A DNA stretch of 64,000 nt, taken from contig CAVXLD010000010.1 in NCBI GenBank assembly GCA_963762565.1, forward strand, positions 477,514 through 541,513. Reading direction: 5' to 3'. The position numbers and the translations under genes were made by a program. The notes under the pieces were generated by a model that did not search any database, was not told the DNA's origin, and worked only from the letters and a program-made list of their open reading frames with translations. Each line of letters starts with the position of its first letter. Positions within the stretch are counted from its first letter, which is position 1. Of the stretch, positions 43,746 through 53,031 are shown in pieces. Origin of the DNA: an uncultured Verrucomicrobiae bacterium (GTDB lineage: Bacteria > Verrucomicrobiota > Verrucomicrobiia > Chthoniobacterales > JAFAMB01).

Positions 43746-44128
43746 TCGACAGATGATCTTTCGAATCTCTTCCTTTCGCCCAGCAGCTCAAGCGAACCTG
43801 GTCGCGATCGGAGCATGAGCGGGTATCGGACGCAAATACTGCGCATTTGCCTGCGGCCCTATAATCACGAATGTACCGGACCTATCGCCCCGGGGATAGG
43901 GTTTCCGTTAGAAGTGTCCTGGTTCTCAACAGTGAGAACGCGATTCGAAAATGAATAGTCAGTCGGATGTTATGCGGTCGAATCCGCCCGGCCGAAGCGA
44001 TCTTAGATGGCCAACGACACGATCCTGATACCAACCACGCTTTCCGATTTCTCGAAGCAAATGGGCGAGGTAATCCAATGGTTGAGAGACTGGGGAACGT
44101 GCTAGCGAAAGATGCGATTCAATAAAGC

Positions 44129-45112
44129 CTAGCGACCGGGCTGCCCGCGCGTGGGAGCTGAAAGCGGGCGATAGCCGCCCAAATTGGCAACCGGCCAACT
44201 GACCGGCAACTCCGATGCATATGGCATACTATCCTGTGCCCCGTGCCGCGAAAGGCTGAACGCCATTGCTTGAGCTCCCAAATAGGCCGCACACGCTAGG
44301 TCGTTAGTGATTGCTAAGGTGATACCAGCCCAGGCCACGAGGCATTCCACCGTGCCGGCGCCCTGTACGAACGGAACTGATGGAATCGGTTGAGTCTGAA
44401 GACTGTTTCCATCAGAAAAGGTCAACAAACGAGTTTTCTCTTTTACAATCACGTTGCGAACACCCCGGCGATGCAGTTCCTGAATCGCCGCGTAGACGTC
44501 AGCCTGCTCAGTCAGTAACAGCGCTTCAAAGTCGTTGACAACCAGCAGATGACACGGACCGGCGGGAAGTCGCGTCGGCGGCTGAACCGGTGCAGCATGG
44601 ACGACGAGACGTGTACCATGGTGACCGCATAGCCGGTAAACCTCTGATACGACGCTGGGCGCGATCTCGAATTGAGTGAACACCAGATCGCTCTCACGAA
44701 TGGAGGATTCGACTTTTCTGATCAACGCGACCGGGAATTGGTTGTTGGCGGATGCCGCAATCAACCCTGAATGAACACCCGTTTTTCGCTCCTGAAAAAG
44801 CATGGCTACGCCAGTCTGAGATGACGGCAGCTCGATAAAATCGGAGGTATCGATTCGTTCTCGAGCCAGTCGATCAGTGGCCATTTCCGCGAACATGTCC
44901 TTACCATGTGCTCCCACAAATTTCACTTGGCATCCCGCTCGAGCGGCTGCCACCGCACAGTTGGCTCCTCTGCCGCCGCAGAATATCTCAAAGTCTCCAC
45001 CCAAGATGGACTCACCCCTCTCGGGGATAGTATCACATGCGATAACCAGATCCGTGTTATAGCTACCGATGACAAGGACGCGCAGCTTAGAGTAGCTATT
45101 TGGTAAAGACAT
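44129..45112 (-). CDS. Ribokinase/PfkB-family protein with degenerate catalytic motif
   Basis: VIGSYNTD, GGRGANCAVAAAR, QFE; GAGD motif reads GTVE. Confidence 0.8.
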   Translation of the reverse strand: MSLPNSYSKLRVLVIGSYNTDLVIACDTIPERGESILGGDFEIFCGGRGANCAVAAARAGCQVKFVGAHGKDMFAEMATDRLARERIDTSDFIELPSSQTGVAMLFQERKTGVHSGLIAASANNQFPVALIRKVESSIRESDLVFTQFEIAPSVVSEVYRLCGHHGTRLVVHAAPVQPPTRLPAGPCHLLVVNDFEALLLTEQADVYAAIQELHRRGVRNVIVKEKTRLLTFSDGNSLQTQPIPSVPFVQGAGTVECLVAWAGITLAITNDLACAAYLGAQAMAFSLSRHGAQDSMPYASELPVSWPVANLGGYRPLSAPTRGQPGR

Positions 45113-45194
45113 AAGGAGTGAGCCCTGGAGTCCCTCCTAACCAATACAAGGACCATCGTATTTAAAAGAGCTATTTGCTACAAGCAATCTCTAG

Positions 45195-45317
45195 GACACC
45201 AACATTGGTTCTCAGTCTTCGTGTCCTTTGGGGTCTGCCGTGGCCCTTCTGGCTAGTTATCTCCCCGCCCGGCGAGCAGCCAAAGTCGATGCAATGATCG
45301 CCCTGCGGGAGGGATGA
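45195..45317 (+). pseudogene. C-terminal relic of an FtsX/MacB-like ABC permease
   Basis: Translates ..AVALLASYLPARRAAKVDAMIALREG*; in-frame TAG just upstream, no start. Confidence 0.8.
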
Positions 45318-45439
45318 GGGGCTTTTCTCTTAGACCATCTCACGGTCTCAGCAATCATCTCTCAGCCACCCGCCACCAATCACCTCTCACTTCTCACGCC
45401 TCAGGTTGATTTGTCTTCCCGGAGCCCCTACCATCCCCC

Positions 45440-46582
45440 ATGGACGTGCTCCAGACATTAGCGGTAGCGTTGGGCCTAGCGGCGCTCTCCGGCTATAGCC
45501 TTTATCTGACCGTTTTCCTGACCGGATTGGCGGTGCACTTCAACTGGATCCATCTCGCGCCCCAATACGCATCCCTCCACGTCCTAGCTGACCCCGCCAT
45601 CATCATTGTTTCGGGGATACTTTTCGTTATCGAGTTTTTCGTCGACAAAATCCCATGGCTCGATTCGCTCTGGGATGCCATTCACACGGTGATTCGCCCG
45701 ATCGGCGGCGCTTTGCTTGCGATCCAGACCCTGGGGCACCCGGGACCGGTCTTTGATGTAGTCATTGGCCTGATCGCCGGCGCAGTCACTTTTACCTCCC
45801 ACAGCGTCAAGACGGGTACTCGGCTGATCGTTAACCAATCTCCGGAACCATTCTCGAACGTGGGAGTCAGCTTAGCTGAAAACGTATTAGTGGGCGCGAC
45901 CTTCGCGCTGCTCTGGACCCATCCGATCACCGCCTTATGTATCCTGCTGGTGCTCTTTTCGATCGCTTTCTATTTTCTGCCTAGAATCTGGCGAACCATC
46001 CGGATGCGGGTCTTTTTCATCCGCCAGAAGATGAAACAGCCTGCTCGCCGCACCGCGATCGAGCTCTTAGCCAGTCTGCCGGGGCCTTACGAACGCTGGT
46101 TCCATAAATTAGTTCAACCACAGCAAACCGTGAGATGGGCTGTTCCTTGCATCACCGGCAAAGGCAAACTGATTCCCCGGGATCAATTCGGTTATCTGAC
46201 CGCAACCGAAGAACAGCTTTCCATGGTGTTCTTCATCGTTAAAGGCTGGTTTGCTTCAGCCAAGCTCTTCGAGATCGACGACTTCGAACCCTCGCTCAAA
46301 CAACGGTTCCTTTACGACGAGATCGTTTTGTCGACTCCGGGTAAGAGCGATCGATATACCTTTCGGTTCGATCGCTCGCAGGCTGGACTCGCACCCCTGG
46401 TGTTAGAGGACCTGAAACGCCGGATGGATACCTCGCGGCAAGTCCTGCTAATGCCGGCGAGCGAACCAATCACAGGCGAAGTGAAGCCCGCTCACGCGAT
46501 TCTACGAAACGAAGGCACCTCCTTTGCCCCCTCCGGCCAGGACGGCAACAGCCAAACCGGAGCCAATCACCAGGACCTATAG
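45440..46582 (+). CDS. DUF4126-domain membrane protein
   Basis: GLAALSGYSLY, EFFVDKIPWLDSLWD.IHT.IRP, SPEPFSN. Confidence 0.85.
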   Translation: MDVLQTLAVALGLAALSGYSLYLTVFLTGLAVHFNWIHLAPQYASLHVLADPAIIIVSGILFVIEFFVDKIPWLDSLWDAIHTVIRPIGGALLAIQTLGHPGPVFDVVIGLIAGAVTFTSHSVKTGTRLIVNQSPEPFSNVGVSLAENVLVGATFALLWTHPITALCILLVLFSIAFYFLPRIWRTIRMRVFFIRQKMKQPARRTAIELLASLPGPYERWFHKLVQPQQTVRWAVPCITGKGKLIPRDQFGYLTATEEQLSMVFFIVKGWFASAKLFEIDDFEPSLKQRFLYDEIVLSTPGKSDRYTFRFDRSQAGLAPLVLEDLKRRMDTSRQVLLMPASEPITGEVKPAHAILRNEGTSFAPSGQDGNSQTGANHQDL

Positions 46583-46871
46583 GGGTCGCCACCCGTGGAG
46601 CGTTGCCTCGCTGGCGAGGCCGTAGGGGTCGCCACCCGTGGAGCGCTGCCTCGCTTGCGAGGCCGTAGGGGTCGCCACCCGTGGAGCGTTGCCTCGCTTG
46701 CGAGGCCGTGGTGAACAGAGCTGCTAGCGCGCCAATTGCGTTTGATGGTTTGGCTCTGCCGTGTGCGATAGAGGCCTTCGGAACGTTACATAGCGCAGAC
46801 AGCGGTAAGGACGCACTTATGAATTCCCCCCTTTGTTCACCACGGCCTCGCAAGCAAGGCAACGCTCCACT
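46581..46871. repeat. REP-like cluster (three 43-bp tandem units + 1 inverted)
   Basis: 46581-46623, 46624-46666, 46667-46709; inverted about 46841-46870. Confidence 0.95.
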
Positions 46872-46888
46872 CCGAGATTCTCGCTCCC

Positions 46889-46922
46889 AAAAAAAAGACG
46901 GCCCTGCACACGCAGGGCCGTC
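46889..46922 (-). terminator. Rho-independent terminator of the sugar ABC operon
   Basis: 11-bp stem GACGGCCCTGC/GCAGGGCCGTC followed by T8 on the minus strand. Confidence 0.9.
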
Positions 46923-46949
46923 ACGAACAACTACCCCTCTATTGGTCTC

Positions 46950-47912
46950 TTATGCCAGCCCGTTATCCTTGAGGATCTGTTCGCAGTTCGATTTATCGAC
47001 CGCCATTGTCGGTAAGGTGATTTTCTTCTCCACAGTTTCACCTTTCACGATCTTCAATGCTTGCCGCACGCCCTCCACTCCCGGTGTGGCATACACGAAA
47101 GTAGCCGTAAGCTGACCTTTACTGACCCAGGTGACACCTTCATCCGGCAACGCGTCGATTCCGAGGATTTTGATGTCCTTTTCCTTGCCGGCATCTTTAG
47201 CCGCGAGATAGGCGCCATACGCGATCGGATCATTATGCCCGTAGACCAGATCGATCTTGTCGAACTGTTTCAACGCTGTGGTCATAGTGTCATAGCCCTT
47301 CGCCTGCTTCCAATCGCAGTCGATCGGCTGCAGCAATGACTTGATACCAGGTTCTTTGCTGACCGGTTCATTGAATCCCTTGTGACGGTCCTGCGCCGGC
47401 GCAGTGCCCATCCCGCCCCACAGCTCCACAATATTTCCTTTGGCGGCGCCCGCGCCACCCAGCAGCTTAACTGCATAGGCTCCGGCAGTTTGGCCGATTA
47501 CCACGTTATCACCACCAATGAAACAGGTGTATTTATCCGTGTTAACATTGCGGTCCAAAACGATAACCGGGATTTTCTTGTCAATCGCCTCAAGGACAAC
47601 TCCAGTTAAACCGGCTGACTCCTTCGGACTAATTAACAGCACGTCGACACCCTGACGGATCAGGCTTTCCGTATCGGCCACCTGCTTTTCCGTCTTATCC
47701 TGCCCATCCGTGATAATCAGCTCGATCTCAGGATGCTTGTCGGCTTCCTTTTTCATGTCCTTGTTGAACTGAACCCGCCAAGGTTCAACGATGGTACACT
47801 GGGAGAAACCGAAGACATACTTCTTTCCCTGGGCCTTTATATAGAACGGCTTAAATACCGCCGACGCTGCGGCTGCAGCTATGCTTGTCTGAATGAATGT
47901 TCTACGTTTCAT
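46950..47912 (-). CDS. Sugar ABC substrate-binding protein (RbsB-like), probable Tat signal
   Basis: MKRRTFI; DVLLISP, VIVLDR, GHND, GIDA. Confidence 0.9.
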   Translation of the reverse strand: MKRRTFIQTSIAAAAASAVFKPFYIKAQGKKYVFGFSQCTIVEPWRVQFNKDMKKEADKHPEIELIITDGQDKTEKQVADTESLIRQGVDVLLISPKESAGLTGVVLEAIDKKIPVIVLDRNVNTDKYTCFIGGDNVVIGQTAGAYAVKLLGGAGAAKGNIVELWGGMGTAPAQDRHKGFNEPVSKEPGIKSLLQPIDCDWKQAKGYDTMTTALKQFDKIDLVYGHNDPIAYGAYLAAKDAGKEKDIKILGIDALPDEGVTWVSKGQLTATFVYATPGVEGVRQALKIVKGETVEKKITLPTMAVDKSNCEQILKDNGLA

Positions 47913-47989
47913 TTTTAGGGGTGGGGGGATTTCATTTTTTGGGTGTGGAGCCGATGTCCTACAGGTTGCAGGGCACCAGCGGGTGAAAT

Positions 47990-49282
47990 CTAATTCTTTC
48001 GAAGATCTTGTAGCACCTCATCCTGGCGCGATTCGCCGGCGCTCACTTTCCTGGTACGAGCCCGGAGTCGTTTCCACCAGAGCCCTACCTGACCTTCCTG
48101 CAGCAGAACCGCCGCCAGGATAATCGCGCCTTTTAATACGAATTGGATATTACTGTTAATGTTTTTGAGGAGCAAAATGTTGGTTAAAAATCCGAAAATT
48201 AAGACGCCTACAAAGGTCCCGGTCATCGTGCCTTTACCGCCCATCAAATTGGTCCCACCAATCACCACCGCCGCGATCGCGTCCAATTCGCCTCCGGCCC
48301 CGGCATCCGGTTTACCCTGTCGATATTGAGAGGTGTAGAGAACGCCGGACAGACAAGCTAACATTCCGGCGATGGAATAGACCGCTACCTTCATTTGGTC
48401 CACCTGAATACCGGCTAACCGCGCCGCCTGTTCATTTCCACCGATCGCATAGATGTAACGGCCAAACGCGGTGTATTTCAGCACAAATCCGAAAATCAAG
48501 ACCACTACCAGAAAAAAGATGCCCGGAACCGGAATAACTTGTAACACCAGAGCCCGCAGCATCTCGAAATCTTCCGTCGCATTCGAGCCGGTATAGACCG
48601 GGTAGACCGCAGCCGTTTCACCGCCTAACAAGCGAGCCAGACCAACGATGGCGACCATCATGGCCAGGGTGACAATGAACGGCTGAAGGTTTCCCTTGGC
48701 GATTACTAACCCGGTAAATGCGCCCAGCGCTAGACCAACCGCCGGCACTGTAATTAACACTCCTAACACACCGAATTTTGATTGGAGTTGGCTGGTGGTC
48801 CACCAAACTAACAAACCGCCTACCAGCAATCCCGCTACCAGACCGGCTAAACGTATCTTCCAGCTGGCATGCTCAACCGGTTTCGCGGATCCACGCCGCA
48901 CGTTGGTCGCCACCAACGGCACCAGGTAGCCGCCAAGCAAAACCGCTACTAGGGCCAAGATGGGAATCGAGGCCGTCGATGCTGCCGTCCAACCGGGGAG
49001 CGTTAAGAGCATCGCGCAAAGCATACACCCCAAGGACATCATTGAACCAACGGACAGGTCGATTCCCCCGGTCAAAATCACCAAGGTCATCCCCACCGCG
49101 ATGATACCGTTGTTCGCCACCTGCCGGAGCACATCCGCCTGGTTTCCTGGATCCAGGAAAATATTCGCCCCCTTGCGATTCACTGGCGAGAGAACGATCC
49201 CGGCTCCATACAGCACGGCTAATCCCCAGAACAACTTAGTTTGTAAAATAAAGCGCCCCGCTGAGGCAGCCACCCGGTTCAT
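47990..49282 (-). CDS. Sugar ABC permease (RbsC-like)
   Basis: GGIDLSVGS, PFIVTLA, FGRYIYAIGGNEQAARLAG, ELDAIAAVVIGGT. Confidence 0.92.
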   Translation of the reverse strand: MNRVAASAGRFILQTKLFWGLAVLYGAGIVLSPVNRKGANIFLDPGNQADVLRQVANNGIIAVGMTLVILTGGIDLSVGSMMSLGCMLCAMLLTLPGWTAASTASIPILALVAVLLGGYLVPLVATNVRRGSAKPVEHASWKIRLAGLVAGLLVGGLLVWWTTSQLQSKFGVLGVLITVPAVGLALGAFTGLVIAKGNLQPFIVTLAMMVAIVGLARLLGGETAAVYPVYTGSNATEDFEMLRALVLQVIPVPGIFFLVVVLIFGFVLKYTAFGRYIYAIGGNEQAARLAGIQVDQMKVAVYSIAGMLACLSGVLYTSQYRQGKPDAGAGGELDAIAAVVIGGTNLMGGKGTMTGTFVGVLIFGFLTNILLLKNINSNIQFVLKGAIILAAVLLQEGQVGLWWKRLRARTRKVSAGESRQDEVLQDLRKN

Positions 49283-50865
49283 AATGTAGCCTCCAGATTC
49301 AAGAACTCAGGCTGGATAGCGCCGCCGGGGGATGCGTATTCCAGAATGGCTTCTTGAGAGAATTCCCTCCGATCAAGTAACGCGCTTGGGCGACCTTCGC
49401 GAAGCACCAGGATACGGTCGCTCAGCAACATCAACTCCGGTAACTCCGAAGATACCAACACGATTCCCAGCCCGTGCTCCGCTAAGTCCCGAATCAAACG
49501 ATAAATCTCCGCCTTAGCGCCGACATCGATTCCACGGGTCGGTTCATCGAGTAGAAACACCTTCGGTTTCGTTACCAAACATTTCGCCACCACTACCTTT
49601 TGTTGGTTACCACCGCTCAACGAACCGGTGGTTTGTTCGATGTCGCGCGCATGAATATTGAGCTTCTGCACCATCGACTGAGCCAACGCCTTCTCTCTCC
49701 CGGGTAACACAATGCCCAAGTGAGTTAATGTCCGCATCACCGGCAGTCCGATATTTCGGTCGATTCCAGCTCCGAGCACCAGACCATCTCGTTTCCGATC
49801 TTCCGTCACCAAAGCGAGACCATGCGCTTTCGCCTGGAGCGGGCTGAGAACGTGCACCGGTTCACCCTCAATCAAAATCTGACCGTCGCTGGTCCCTGGG
49901 TGCAGACCGTACAGTATTTGTAGAATTTCGGTCCTACCCGCCCCCAGCAGTCCGCCTAACCCAAACACTTCTCCGGCTCCCACCGCAAAATTGACATCCT
50001 GCACCAGCATAGGACGGCTCGGCGTTGGAGAAGGATGTTCTAAGGACAGATTCCGGACTTCCAACATCGGCTTTGCCACCGCTGCTACGCTTTTGTCTTC
50101 CGCGAGCATTTCTTGAATCTCGCGCCCGACCATCATCCGGATCAGGTCCTTTCTATTTGCCTCGATGGCCGGCACTGTCCCGATATGACTTCCATCCCGG
50201 AGCACAGTGACGGTATCGGCCAGCTCTGTCACCTCCTCCATGCGATGAGAGATATAGACAATGGCAACCCCTTCCGCCGCCAAGCGGCGTATCACCTGAA
50301 AAAGACGTCCGGTCTCGTTGATCGACAGGGCTGAGGTCGCCTCGTCCATGATCAAAATCCGCGCCTTCGATACCAGCGCTTTTGCTATCTCCACCAGCTG
50401 CTGTTCTCCCACGCGAAGCTTCGACACCGGAATCTGTAGCGGCCCATGAAAATCAAGGGTCTTAAGAACCTCCTGCGCAGCCTGTACTTGACTCTTGCGA
50501 TCGACAAAAAACAGCGACTGCAACTTTTCTTGGCCTAGGAAGATATTTTCGTCGACCTCAAGCTCAGGAACCAGGCTAAGCTCCTGTTGAATCATAGCAA
50601 TACCAGCCCGGGTAGCATCGCGAGGAGAAGCCAAAGAAACCGGCTGACCCGCTACCAGAATTTGGCCCTCGAAATCCTCGATCAACCCCGCGGCGATCTT
50701 CATTAGCGTGCTTTTCCCCGCCCCGTTCTCGCCCATCAGAGCATGAACCTCGCCGCTCTTTAATTGGAAATCGACGTCCCGCAGAACTCGAGTCGCGCCA
50801 AACGATTTCGATATCCGCCGCATCTCGAGGGCGAGAGGCTCAGGGGTAAGATTTAACGTGGACAC
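49279..50865 (-). CDS. Sugar ABC ATPase (RbsA-like)
   Basis: GENGAGKST, EDRKRDG, LSGGNQQK, DEPTRGIDVGAK. Confidence 0.93.
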   Translation of the reverse strand: MSTLNLTPEPLALEMRRISKSFGATRVLRDVDFQLKSGEVHALMGENGAGKSTLMKIAAGLIEDFEGQILVAGQPVSLASPRDATRAGIAMIQQELSLVPELEVDENIFLGQEKLQSLFFVDRKSQVQAAQEVLKTLDFHGPLQIPVSKLRVGEQQLVEIAKALVSKARILIMDEATSALSINETGRLFQVIRRLAAEGVAIVYISHRMEEVTELADTVTVLRDGSHIGTVPAIEANRKDLIRMMVGREIQEMLAEDKSVAAVAKPMLEVRNLSLEHPSPTPSRPMLVQDVNFAVGAGEVFGLGGLLGAGRTEILQILYGLHPGTSDGQILIEGEPVHVLSPLQAKAHGLALVTEDRKRDGLVLGAGIDRNIGLPVMRTLTHLGIVLPGREKALAQSMVQKLNIHARDIEQTTGSLSGGNQQKVVVAKCLVTKPKVFLLDEPTRGIDVGAKAEIYRLIRDLAEHGLGIVLVSSELPELMLLSDRILVLREGRPSALLDRREFSQEAILEYASPGGAIQPEFLNLEATL

Positions 50866-50918
50866 GGAAAACCGGATGATTCAGGGAGGTTTTTGACTGA
50901 TACTCGTCAGCCTGATTA

Positions 50919-50934
50919 ATGTAAAGCTTTACAT
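50919..50934. promoter_or_regulatory. Probable LacI-family operator
   Basis: Perfect palindrome ATGTAAAGCTTTACAT between the divergent ABC operon and LacI gene. Confidence 0.75.
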
Positions 50935-51036
50935 AGTATTTTGTTTGTTCCATCCTCTTCCCCAACAAAATTTTCCCGCCTGCATTTCCTTCCTATTCTG
51001 CCCATCAGAAACAGCCGCCCTAATCCAAGTAATTCA

Positions 51037-52053
51037 ATGACCCTTTCCGAGCTCGCCCGCGAATTGAACGTGAGCATCGCCACCATTTCCAGAGCCCTCA
51101 ACCGGCCCGATGACGTTGCTCCCAGCACCCGCGAGCGAATTTTAGCCGCCGTCCATCGCAACGGAAAATATCAACCAGGAAAAGCTCGCTGGCTCCGAGC
51201 TCAGCAAACCCGCACCATCGGAGTCGTCATTTCCGATATCCGGAATCCCTTCTTCGCCGCCTTCGTTAAATCCATTGAAGATATCGCTAAAGACAACGGT
51301 TATACCGTCCTTGTCTGTAACGCTGACGAGGATTCGGAGAAAGAAGAAGCCGCCTTGTCCATGTTCCTCGATCGTAAAGTCGCCGGCTTGATCAATTGTT
51401 CCACTGGCGGAAATGTGGACCTGCTCCGAGCGGTCCGGCAAAGCGGCGCTGCCATCATCGATTTCGACCGCGAATCCGGCTTAGAGAATGTCGACGTCGT
51501 GACGGCAGATAACTCGCGCGGCACCGCTTTGGCCATCCAGCACCTCATTTCACTGGGTCACCGCCGAATCGCCACCATCGCCGGACCTCAACATTTATCC
51601 AATGCCCGGACTCGTTTGGAAACGTATCAACGGTCATTAACTCGAGCCGGCATCGAGATTGTCGGCCAATATGCTCAATCAGGGAATTTCCAGGCTGAAT
51701 CCGGCTATGCCTGCGCTAAGAGGCTGTTCAAACTAACGAAGCCCCCTACCGCAGTGTTCGTTGCCAATTTGGAGATGTGCTCCGGACTCATCACTTTTGT
51801 GCGGGAAGCCGGTATTCGCGTACCGGACGACCTGTCGGTGGTAACCTTCGATGACGCCTTTTGGATGCGATATATTGATCCAGCGATCACCGCCATCGCC
51901 CAACCCGTCGAAAAGATGGGCCAATACACGATCCAACTAATGTTGGAGCGGCTTCGCGGCAGCCGCGGCGTGCAACGAAGAATGTTCCCTCCCAGGCTCA
52001 TCGTGCGTCAGTCCACTTCCGCCCCCTCGTCGGAGACTCCGGGCCGGAAATGA
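51037..52053 (+). CDS. LacI-family transcriptional regulator
   Basis: TLSELARELNVSIATISRALN HTH, NPFF, VPDDLSVVTFDD, LIVRQST. Confidence 0.93.
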   Translation: MTLSELARELNVSIATISRALNRPDDVAPSTRERILAAVHRNGKYQPGKARWLRAQQTRTIGVVISDIRNPFFAAFVKSIEDIAKDNGYTVLVCNADEDSEKEEAALSMFLDRKVAGLINCSTGGNVDLLRAVRQSGAAIIDFDRESGLENVDVVTADNSRGTALAIQHLISLGHRRIATIAGPQHLSNARTRLETYQRSLTRAGIEIVGQYAQSGNFQAESGYACAKRLFKLTKPPTAVFVANLEMCSGLITFVREAGIRVPDDLSVVTFDDAFWMRYIDPAITAIAQPVEKMGQYTIQLMLERLRGSRGVQRRMFPPRLIVRQSTSAPSSETPGRK

Positions 52054-52291
52054 CAAATGACAAATGACAGATGACAAATGCGGACCGGGCGATGGCTTGG
52101 ATGAACCCAGGGCCGGGAGGGATCGCGTCCCCGCGATCCGTTGTTCGCGGAGCCCAGTGCGTTCAGCAAGCGGGCGATTATATAAACGTCTGTCGGTTTT
52201 GAACGTCTTCGCAGCGCGCGAGGACGCGCGCCCTCCCCGGAATTAACGGCGCTCGCAACGCTCGGCCATCTGTCATCTGTCATTTGTCATT
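52050..52291. repeat. Inverted (ATGACAR)n arms enclosing a GGGAGGG-type REP doublet
   Basis: Outer 52050-52080/52267-52291; inner 52115-52140/52214-52237. Confidence 0.88.
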
Positions 52292-52941
52292 TCTGAGTCC
52301 GCGTAGCGACCCGCAACAACCTCCCCATCGCCTCATTAAACTCGCCTTCGCACTCCAGGTTCGGCAGGTTCCATCCCCTCATTCAACAGCCGGTCCGCCA
52401 TTGCGACACGCTGACGTCTACCCTCCTCCGTTTCCGCTCTGCAGAAAGTAGCAGCCAACAAGACGCCCCGTACCCGTTCAGGATAAAGGCGGCAAAACTC
52501 CATCGCGATCTGGCCTCCCATCGACAGTCCGCCAATCACCACATCACGAATTCCCAATTCATCCAGAAGAGCAGCAATATCCCTGGCAAAAATGTCGAGC
52601 GTAGTTTTGCCCGCTACAACCGTGCTTTCCCCGTATCCTCGTAAATCGGGCACGATCGCTCGCCAGCGGAGTCCTCCATCGTGCTCGTGCTCGATCTGAG
52701 CGTTCTCCGACTTTGCTGGCTCCATTTCACCCCAGTCGTGCAATTCAGAATCAACCGCCCCTGGCACGCCTTCCAAATCCCGAGCACGAGCACGAGGACG
52801 ATTGAAATCCCCAATCCACTCCATCTGAGGCCGCCACATCGTGCGATTGAACGGATGACCGTGTACCAACACCAAAACATTGTCCCCATCGCCCACATCC
52901 TCATAAGCGACGGTGATACCATTCACTAACACTCTACCCAT
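52287..52941 (-). pseudogene. Alpha/beta hydrolase pseudogene (in-frame repeat insert, internal deletion with frameshift)
   Basis: LVHGHP, PDLRGYG, GLSMGG; after EGME the terminal LPNLE..FNEAM..LL lies in another frame. Confidence 0.85.
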
Positions 52942-53031
52942 TTGCCATCTGTCATCTGTCATCGGCTATCGGCTATTGGCTATTGGCTATTGGCTATTGG
53001 CTATCGGCTATTTGCTATCGGCTATCGGCTA
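52939..53031. repeat. Tandem heptamer array: 3x CATCTGT-type then about 10x GGCTATY
   Basis: Directly visible. Confidence 0.93.

Noticed and set aside
43750..44128. Gene relic between the kinase and PfkB gene
   Set aside because: No recognisable motif in the frames examined
46581..46709. CRISPR array
   Set aside because: 43-bp units are directly adjacent with no spacers, an inverted copy follows, and there are no cas genes
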